From Schizochytrium sp. TIO01 (Eukaryota; Protista; Bigyra: Labyrinthulomycetes), in contig SMSO01000025.1 in assembly GCA_004764695.1 (NCBI GenBank), positions 2,728,001 to 2,792,000 on the forward strand: DNA of 64,000 nt, written 5' to 3'. Under the pieces are notes generated by a model. It saw nothing but the letters and a program-made list of their open reading frames with translations, ran no database searches and was not told where the DNA came from. Within the stretch, counting starts at the first letter, position 1. Every line of letters begins with the position of its first letter. Below, piece by piece: positions 56,658 to 64,000 of the stretch. The position numbers were made by a program, and so were the translations under genes.

Positions 56658-57692
56658 ATGTGGAAAACTGTGCTTATCGTAGGTGGAGGGAGCCCAGCTG
56701 GGCGGGCCGTACTTGACATCCTTCTTAAAGAGAACAAGGCGTCTCGGGTTGTACTTACTACTCGTAGCGGAGAAATCGCAGACCTGCCTGCGAGCACGGA
56801 GACCGTCTCGGTTGAAGTCCAGGCACTAGACTTGATCGAAGGTGATTTGCAGGACCTTCGCACACTCTGTCAAGAGATCAAACCAGATGTTATTTTCTCT
56901 TGTGTGATTATGTCCAAGAATCATATCAAAGCTTGGGGGCTTGGCTGGCCAAAGATTGCCAACCGGCTGCTCTTTGCATCCAAAGCAGTAGATGCTCCTC
57001 TTATCTTCTTGGACAACTTCTATGCTTTTGGACCTCAAGGTATGGAACGTATGCCCTTGCGTGAGAATGATATCGAGTTTGACAAGATTAGTAAGAATGG
57101 CATCAAGACTAGGTCGCAGGTCCGTGCTTTGATCACAAGAAAGCTCCTCGCAGATGGCAAATCTGGCGAAGCCAAAATTGCGCTGATACGAGCCGCTGAT
57201 TATTTCGGACCCAGGGTTATTGAGAGTGTTCTTGGAAACGTGTGGGTAGATGTCTTTAAGAACAGAACTCCTACTCTGCTTGGCGACCCAACGAAGCTAC
57301 ATGCACAGACCTACGTGCAAGATATTGCCCGAGTCCTTGTTCTTGTTGCAGAGAACCCTGATACCTGGGGTCGAGCTTGGCATGTCCCAACGCAAAAGGA
57401 CATGTCAACTGAGGATTGGCTTCGCGAGATTATTCGCTCTAGTGGCAAAAAGGCATCTGAAAGCAAGCTCAACTACTCAATATCTGATGGCTCGAAGCTT
57501 CGCCTTCTTTCTTTCGTTAAGAGAGATAACGCTGGTCTTCGTGACTCATTGTACATGTGGCGAGGTGACTTCACTGTTGATTCTTCAGAATTCATGGAGC
57601 GCTTTCCAGATTTTCAACCAACCCCATTAAACGATGCACTGCTACAAACCAACCAGTGGTTGACCTCTTCATTAGCAACAAAGGCCAAATAA
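56658..57692 (+). CDS. Atypical SDR, copy 4 (Gly-rich motif altered)
   Basis: LIVGGGSPAG, DNFYAFGP, RAADYFGP and WGRAWH. Confidence 0.88.
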   Translation: MWKTVLIVGGGSPAGRAVLDILLKENKASRVVLTTRSGEIADLPASTETVSVEVQALDLIEGDLQDLRTLCQEIKPDVIFSCVIMSKNHIKAWGLGWPKIANRLLFASKAVDAPLIFLDNFYAFGPQGMERMPLRENDIEFDKISKNGIKTRSQVRALITRKLLADGKSGEAKIALIRAADYFGPRVIESVLGNVWVDVFKNRTPTLLGDPTKLHAQTYVQDIARVLVLVAENPDTWGRAWHVPTQKDMSTEDWLREIIRSSGKKASESKLNYSISDGSKLRLLSFVKRDNAGLRDSLYMWRGDFTVDSSEFMERFPDFQPTPLNDALLQTNQWLTSSLATKAK

Positions 57693-58548
57693 AGAGAAAA
57701 TATCCGACTCAGGTACTATCTTATTCTAAGCTGACCATTCCGCTTGCCGTGTGTCCCTATCTCAAACATCATTTGATGTCCTCTGTAAAATCTACACCAA
57801 TAATCACAGTTTCTAATGTACAAAAACCAACCTATACATAATTATCAAACCATTTAACACGAAATCAGACATGCTCAAATCAGACCAAAGAAACTCGTGT
57901 CATCTCTCTTGCTTTTCCTCTTAGCCTCTCCTTCATGTTCAAACTTTTGGGTTTGAGCTGTTCAAAACTCCAAAGAAAGTTAGTTGTCTTTACTCCAAGC
58001 AGAGTTATAAAGAACAGCGTCCGAAATTCAATACTGCGTTACTTGAAACCACCCAAGCGAATAAAATACGCCAGGGTTAGTAATCCATATATATTAAACA
58101 ATAGCATTCGGAGCTAGCTCACCGAGCGTACAAAAAGCGTGGAAAAAGCAAAACCGCAGCAGTTGCGAAACAACGTCCTCAACGCTCGCAGCCCTCAGCT
58201 CCTTCGAATCCTAGGAGCGGAGGCGGTTCTATTGCGGGCCCACGTACGTGCGTCCAGCGTCTACGGAGCAGTAGCAGCTCCGCTTGGCTGACGTTACGAC
58301 AGACTTGAAAGGGGCTTGCCTTAAGCCCCTTGTCGGTGCTCATCACGGAAATATCTCTGGCTTGCGTGTCGAAGAGTTTGGGCAAAGGGGTGTGGGAAAA
58401 ACCTGAAATACGCTCAAAACTCATATTCGACGACCACAAAGTACGCCTTTGAAGGCTAGAAACCATTTGAAGAGCACATAGGAGTTTAGCTGGACGTTGA
58501 TGGGCTCGACGGTCAAGCAAGTTGTGCGTTTATTCAGTGCAGATTAAA

Positions 58549-60423
58549 ATGAGCGAAGGACTTGAAAGTAGCGTTGTTGACAACAACCACAATCTTGGTC
58601 ATGAAAGTGGTGATATTGAGCCAGAAAATCTCACGAGTGGTGAAGACAAAGAGCAAATGCTTAGAGGTGTCGAGATTGCAGAAGATGACAAGAATGATGA
58701 CGAGGTTCAGCATGTGAGTACTACCACAGATCTCACTGGCGCTGAGGAGAATGTGGCGAACTCACATGAAGATCAAAATGACAATCATGGGGACAAATCT
58801 GGCATGTTGCAGACAGAAAATCATGGAGAGTCCTCTTTGGGCCAATCGGGCAAGGATAATCAGCCGCTTCAAGCTGCTGCTGATGAAGGCGAAAGTGCGG
58901 ATAGAGATGGAGATGAAGATGGGATCCTCGATAATGACAATTTAAGCAATAATGATGATGAGGAGGAGGACGAGGACGAGGAGGAGGACGAAGACGGGGA
59001 GCCTTGGGAGTCCATCGAAGAGGAGATCCTTAGAACAGCAGTTACTGCATATAAGGCACAAGAATGGGACCTGGTTGCCCGATTCCTTCCAAATCGAACC
59101 GCCGAGCAATGCGAACAACATTGGAACAAAATGTTTGCTGCACCTGTAGCCATGAAAGGCTCCTGGACACCAAATGATGATCGAAAGTTACGGCAAGTAG
59201 TAAATATGCACGGGACACGGAATTGGTCCACAGTCATTGCAAGCTACTTTCCTAACCGAACCGGGAAACAGTGCCGTGAAAGATGGCGTAACCACTTAGA
59301 TCCTGACCTCAAACGTGGTCCCTGGACTGACAAGGAGGAGCGGACTCTTCTAGACGGGCGCCAAAAGCATGGAAACAAATGGTCAGTGATTGCTAAGAGT
59401 CTTCCTGGTCGTAGCGACAACGATGTCAAGAACCACTGGTATGCATCGCAGCGTCGGCTGAAGACGCGTATGCAGATCGTCAATATTGTTTATTCCCGAC
59501 AAAACGATATACTTGATTCCGAGGAACCGGCATCCTCGATACCTTCCGGCAAACGGGCTCGTAATAAAAACAGTGCTGGCAATGTACAAGAGCATTACAC
59601 GCATGAAAGGACGTTAGGCCTGAGCGAGGGCGAAGAAGCTCATGGCGATCGTGTGACGCAACGGCGTCGTCTTAACACAAAAGAAAATGAGTCAAATGCT
59701 TCTGAGCAAGCAAGTGCAGATTCAACAACAATCCCTTACAACAACGAAGGAGGTCAAGAACAAGATGACTTGTCAGCCCAAGAGAGTCCAAATGGATCTC
59801 CTCATAGCATCTGGAAACCTGAGGAAGGCGCTAAATTGCTGGAGTTGGTCACAAGATATGGCACTAACGATTGGGAGGTCGTCTCCAAACAAATGCCGTA
59901 CCCACGATTGCCTCAGGAATGTTCAAATCACTGGCACACTATTCTAAATCCGAATATTATCAAAGGTCGTGGCTCCTGGACTGCAGGGGAAGACAAGAAG
60001 TTACGAGAGCTCGTGGAGAAGCACGGACCGACAAAATGGTCTACTCACATCGCCCCGCATTTACCAGGGCGTGCTGGTAAACAATGTCGAGAGCGGTGGA
60101 TGAATGCTCTTCAACCAAATTTAAAACGTGGTGAATGGACAGCCGAGGAAGAGGATATTTTTAATCGTGAGCACAGCAAACACCATAATCAGTGGGCTCT
60201 TATTGCAAGTTTTATTCCTGGTCGTACAGCAAATGATGTGAAAAACCACTATTATGCATACAAGCGTCGTCAAAGTCGCCAAGCAAAGAAAGCTGCGAAG
60301 GGTGCCCAACGGCAAGATGGTACTGCAGAATCTGCGGATGTTTCTATGCCTCCACAACAAGAAGAACAAGACTCATCAATGTTACTTCTTGGGCCAATGC
60401 CTCCATCTACAAGCCAGAACTAG
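58549..60423 (+). CDS. MYB transcription factor with two R1R2R3 blocks (6 repeats)
   Basis: Block 1: PWESIEEE.., SWTPNDD..RTGKQCRERW, PWTDKEE..GRSDNDVKNHW. Block 2: IWKPEEG.., SWTAGED..RAGKQCRERW, EWTAEEE..GRTANDVKNHY. Acidic N-terminus; first ATG at 58549. Confidence 0.92.
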   Translation: MSEGLESSVVDNNHNLGHESGDIEPENLTSGEDKEQMLRGVEIAEDDKNDDEVQHVSTTTDLTGAEENVANSHEDQNDNHGDKSGMLQTENHGESSLGQSGKDNQPLQAAADEGESADRDGDEDGILDNDNLSNNDDEEEDEDEEEDEDGEPWESIEEEILRTAVTAYKAQEWDLVARFLPNRTAEQCEQHWNKMFAAPVAMKGSWTPNDDRKLRQVVNMHGTRNWSTVIASYFPNRTGKQCRERWRNHLDPDLKRGPWTDKEERTLLDGRQKHGNKWSVIAKSLPGRSDNDVKNHWYASQRRLKTRMQIVNIVYSRQNDILDSEEPASSIPSGKRARNKNSAGNVQEHYTHERTLGLSEGEEAHGDRVTQRRRLNTKENESNASEQASADSTTIPYNNEGGQEQDDLSAQESPNGSPHSIWKPEEGAKLLELVTRYGTNDWEVVSKQMPYPRLPQECSNHWHTILNPNIIKGRGSWTAGEDKKLRELVEKHGPTKWSTHIAPHLPGRAGKQCRERWMNALQPNLKRGEWTAEEEDIFNREHSKHHNQWALIASFIPGRTANDVKNHYYAYKRRQSRQAKKAAKGAQRQDGTAESADVSMPPQQEEQDSSMLLLGPMPPSTSQN

Positions 60424-61153
60424 CACAAGAGGAGTAGCTTGTAACAGTTGCTGAAGTTGAAGCTGGTTAGATAGATTGCCAAAGCTTACAAGTGAGATAT
60501 GCAGAGTTTTTTTAATATTTTTTTTCATTAAGATGAAGATCATGTCGTAGTTTCTGAAAGACTGCGATCGTTTGCATAGTCATCGTGCGCAAAATTATTT
60601 TTTTTTTAAGACCATCGTACCCCTCTGTTACACAAACCAGCCGTGGTGTATACCTGTGAAAAATACATGACGGTTTAAAATAGTAAACTTCAAGGCTAAA
60701 ACAGAGCCCAGAGCACGTTATCTGTGCGCAAGCTTTCCCAACCGTTGTTATCCTAATAACCTATCTTGTTAGTATCGTAAATTCCCTTGAGTTGCTTCTC
60801 AACTTATGCGAAAGACCAAGCTCTTGATCAAGATATGCATATAAACAATGTAGAGACAAACAAAAACTAAAGATGATCAAGTTCTTATTTACATGGACAC
60901 TGAAGTCTTCATAGAACTATCCCGCCAGAGGTTTGGTCGCACACACAGGTGAAAATTTAACTAGATTATCAATCTCTACGTAATTTTCAACTGCCTAGTG
61001 GCAAGAGACACATTTGTGCGTACAAAGGCGAACGGCGACTTGAGAAGAAAAGACACAAACTTCAATAAGAACTCTATTGAGAAAAGAAATTCTGATGTCC
61101 ATTGTGCTCGTCAGGAAGAGAAGTCATGCACAGATCAAACATCAGTCAATCAA

Positions 61154-62677
61154 TTAATCACTAGAGGAAACAAGTTGCGGCGAATCCAAGCAGGAAAAGC
61201 CAGTCGCAACACCGCCCTCATCAACACCAACAAGCTTGGTTCGCAAGAGCTGACCGGCATACTCGTTCAGAAACTCCGTCTCTCCGTTGCCGATAAAGAC
61301 ACCATAGACACCAAGTTCTTGCAGGGCCTTTGCAGAAACTACCTCAGCATCAAGTCCGCGGACCAGAACAGCGTCGACCTCGTTCGGGAAGATGCGCTGC
61401 ATGAGGATATATGCTGCCTGCTCGGACTTAGGCATGGTCTCTAGAGTCGTCTTGACCTTGTCGCCATAGATGTTGTTGCCACCACCTTCACGCTGAGGCT
61501 TAACAACATAATTTTCAGGGTGAAGAATGGCGTCCTTGACAGCAGCCTTAGCCTCCTCATCTTGCTCGTTCACATCGAGAGACCAAAGGCCTGCAAAACT
61601 CTTGCGAAGCTTAGCGCCCTGCTCCTCACCCATGAAACGTTCAATTTGGCCGGGTCCTGCAAGCTCCTGCTGTACCTTCTTGGTGCCGACAAGCTGGTAT
61701 TGAATACTAGGGCATTTGATTGCATTGGTAGTCTCCAAAAGCATGCGAGCATCCCACTGCTTCTCCTCAGGATAGTCGTCGGGCGTGTAGCCTGAACGGA
61801 AGTAGATGACAGAAATGAGCTTGCCATCCACCACGAGGTCACGGCCATCTTCGCTAACCTTTGCAAGATCATGGAGCTGACCGAGGGATCTGCGCATGCA
61901 AGCAACCTTGTGCTTATCCCAAAGTTCATACTCAAGCCAGCGCTGGTCGAAGGAGTTTCGCTCTCCATCCTGTACTACAAAAAGCACAGTAGGGGGCGCT
62001 TCTGGGCGTTCCTCTTCGCGCTGATCTAAGTGCAAATAAGCAGCACGCGCCAGTGCATGAGGAAGCTTCTTGTCAGCGAGATTTTCAGGAGTCATGTTGA
62101 TGTCGAGAGGATCTTTGCACCAAGATTTAACAACCTCATTGTCCGGAAAACGGTCCAGCAGGAATCTGTGCAGGCGAGCGACACGAGCTGAAAGGCATCC
62201 GAAAGAGGATGCGATTGTGTTGAGTTCAACCTGAAGGAGCTCCTCACCTTTATTGAACATGTAGTCTGAGCGGTTAATGCCCAAGTATGTGCGCTGCACA
62301 ACGCCCTGTTCTTCAACGGCGCGACAAATCTTCACGAGACGAGCAGTGAATTCGTCATGCTCCAAGACTCCTTCAAGAACCTTGTAGACCCAGTCAAGGT
62401 CGCGGGAGACCTTATCGACAAGCTCGTTGTACGCAGGCGCCAGAGAAACTCCGAGCTCAAACGCCTCGCGAGAAAGCGGCGTCGGCAACAGCGAGAACGG
62501 AGCCGCTTTGCACAGGGTCGGGTGCTTGGCGTCCATCATCTGGAGGCCATGAGCAGTGGCCCAGGCCACTGCCTCGTCCGCAAGCTGCTGCATGGCTTTC
62601 TCGGCCTCTTCTCCCTTGAACTCGAGCTTAAGGATCCTCGCGATTGAAGTTGCTCGCTCAAAGTTTGTGATTTGCAT
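61154..62677 (-). CDS. GSS: Glutathione synthetase (eukaryotic type); exact start uncertain
   Basis: APFSLLP, RSDYM, QVELNTIASSFG, YFRSGYTPDDY, KCPSIQYQLVGTKKVQQ, KPQREGGGNN, ELGVYG and EGGVATG. Confidence 0.96.
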   Translation of the reverse strand: MQITNFERATSIARILKLEFKGEEAEKAMQQLADEAVAWATAHGLQMMDAKHPTLCKAAPFSLLPTPLSREAFELGVSLAPAYNELVDKVSRDLDWVYKVLEGVLEHDEFTARLVKICRAVEEQGVVQRTYLGINRSDYMFNKGEELLQVELNTIASSFGCLSARVARLHRFLLDRFPDNEVVKSWCKDPLDINMTPENLADKKLPHALARAAYLHLDQREEERPEAPPTVLFVVQDGERNSFDQRWLEYELWDKHKVACMRRSLGQLHDLAKVSEDGRDLVVDGKLISVIYFRSGYTPDDYPEEKQWDARMLLETTNAIKCPSIQYQLVGTKKVQQELAGPGQIERFMGEEQGAKLRKSFAGLWSLDVNEQDEEAKAAVKDAILHPENYVVKPQREGGGNNIYGDKVKTTLETMPKSEQAAYILMQRIFPNEVDAVLVRGLDAEVVSAKALQELGVYGVFIGNGETEFLNEYAGQLLRTKLVGVDEGGVATGFSCLDSPQLVSSSD

Positions 62678-63608
62678 AGCTTCCCTCTTGACTCTAAACT
62701 AAATAGGCGACTCATTTATTTACTCTATCTACTAAATTATAAAATAATAAATTCATAAGACCCTCTCAGCCCTTCAGACAGACAAAGGAAACAGAGAAAA
62801 GATCACATTTCGGAAATAATGATAGTGCTTTAATTACCTTTGATATCCATTCTCTCAAAGCCATTATGAAGTTTTTTCTCAATTCTGAAGTTACCAGTTA
62901 CAAAAGCTACGCCTTATTAGAAGACTAAACCCGTCTTTTCCTCGAGTCTTTTCCTTCTTCACGTGAACATAAACTAACAAACAACCATAGGGAAGACTAA
63001 CTAACTAGCTAGGCAGCGGTTTATTTACTTTTAATTTTTATTATTATTTATTTTAATCAACTAATTATTTACTTATTTATTTGCTTTCTCACCTGCTCGT
63101 CGAGCTTCTTATTTGGCTCTAGAAAGGAAGAGCAACCAACCACCTATTGCTCCACTAGTTTGACTCCATTTCATCGCCTTCGTAGACCACATTGCAAGAT
63201 GTGTCACCATGGCCTCGCTTTCGCTGCTTGCGTTTGTTCCAGAGGTGCTTGTGCAATGAAGGCAACCGCTTAAACGTAAGTGGACTTTGCCCACAAGTGG
63301 ATATAAACTAATTAATGAGTTCAATTTAATGCGGTGTAATGCAATCTATTAAATTCATAGAGATCCAGTGTAATAGCCGCTATTCATGAACTTGTGACGA
63401 ACGTATTTGAGACAGAGACCTGCGGTTTGTGCTATCTCTCGCTCGCTGGCTTGGACTTTGTCCTGCCTCAGTTGGTGATAGGTGATGATGTTTTGGAAAC
63501 ATAATGAATGACACTGGCCATCGCATGGCTTTGCTTAGACCTTCGAGAGGCATCATGAAACATGAAAGATAAGAGCTTTTACTTTTAAGATACGGAGAAG
63601 TCGAAGCA

Positions 63609-63629
63609 TAACAATGACGACGACGACAA

Positions 63630-63661
<32 letters not shown>

Positions 63662-63674
63662 TCATCAAAACATC

Positions 63675-63705
<31 letters not shown>

Positions 63706-63717
63706 TCAACATTAACA
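63609..63717 (+). repeat. (CAA)n imperfect microsatellite
   Basis: Directly visible. Confidence 0.92.
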
Positions 63718-64000
63718 AAAACTTTCAACAAGTGGTCTTGTGCTAAGCGGACAAATACGAGCCTAGACCCGAGTCTAGGCCCGAGTCCCCGAGGGAACTC
63801 TTCGGAATACCGGGCTCTTTGTAAATGAAGGTGATCTTTAATTCACGCCCAGGCAACTTGTAGAGCACACGTCAGAAACGATGGGATGAACGGAGCAACG
63901 AATTCCATCCCATCAACGCAGCGTGCTTTGACTTTGTGATATGCTTCTTGCTTCACCTAGCATCCATTATCAATCTATCCATTCTTACCGCCCTTGGCTA

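Noticed and set aside
1-64000. Intact transposon, retroelement or endogenous giant-virus hallmark genes
   Set aside because: No transposase, RT, integrase, capsid or polymerase motifs were recognised in any ORF.

Overview
Eukaryotic, intron-poor, compact genomic DNA of moderate GC content with AT- and microsatellite-rich intergenic spacers. Gene content and style suggest a flagellated stramenopile protist, most plausibly a thraustochytrid/labyrinthulomycete; this is inference only. There are about 18 protein-coding genes plus one pseudogene. In order: a 5'-truncated tandem DH-PH RhoGEF with a degenerate FYVE finger; a tandem PhoD-like protein that has lost its metal ligands; a 3-exon Ser/Thr kinase (exons reconstructed here); a FAR-17a/AIG1-like membrane hydrolase; a ~2000-aa F-box/LRR/ARM/SPRY protein; a CX5R-phosphatase-like + asparaginase fusion, head-to-head with an SPX-MFS phosphate transporter (intron reconstructed); a secreted trypsin with two C-terminal PAN-like modules; an ankyrin pseudogene preceded by short direct repeats; CTP synthase; CEP19; a CCR4-like EEP protein with an inserted FN3 domain; a predicted dual-acylated SUFU-domain protein; four tandem bacterial-type atypical SDR paralogues; a six-repeat MYB; and glutathione synthetase. 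No rRNA, tRNA, CRISPR array or intact transposon could be supported. The most promising candidates are the phosphatase-asparaginase/SPX-MFS divergent pair, the PhoD pseudoenzyme/kinase divergent pair, the patch-diversified SDR array, the SUFU-domain protein and the 3R+3R MYB. All family calls rest on motif recognition by eye; no searches were run.
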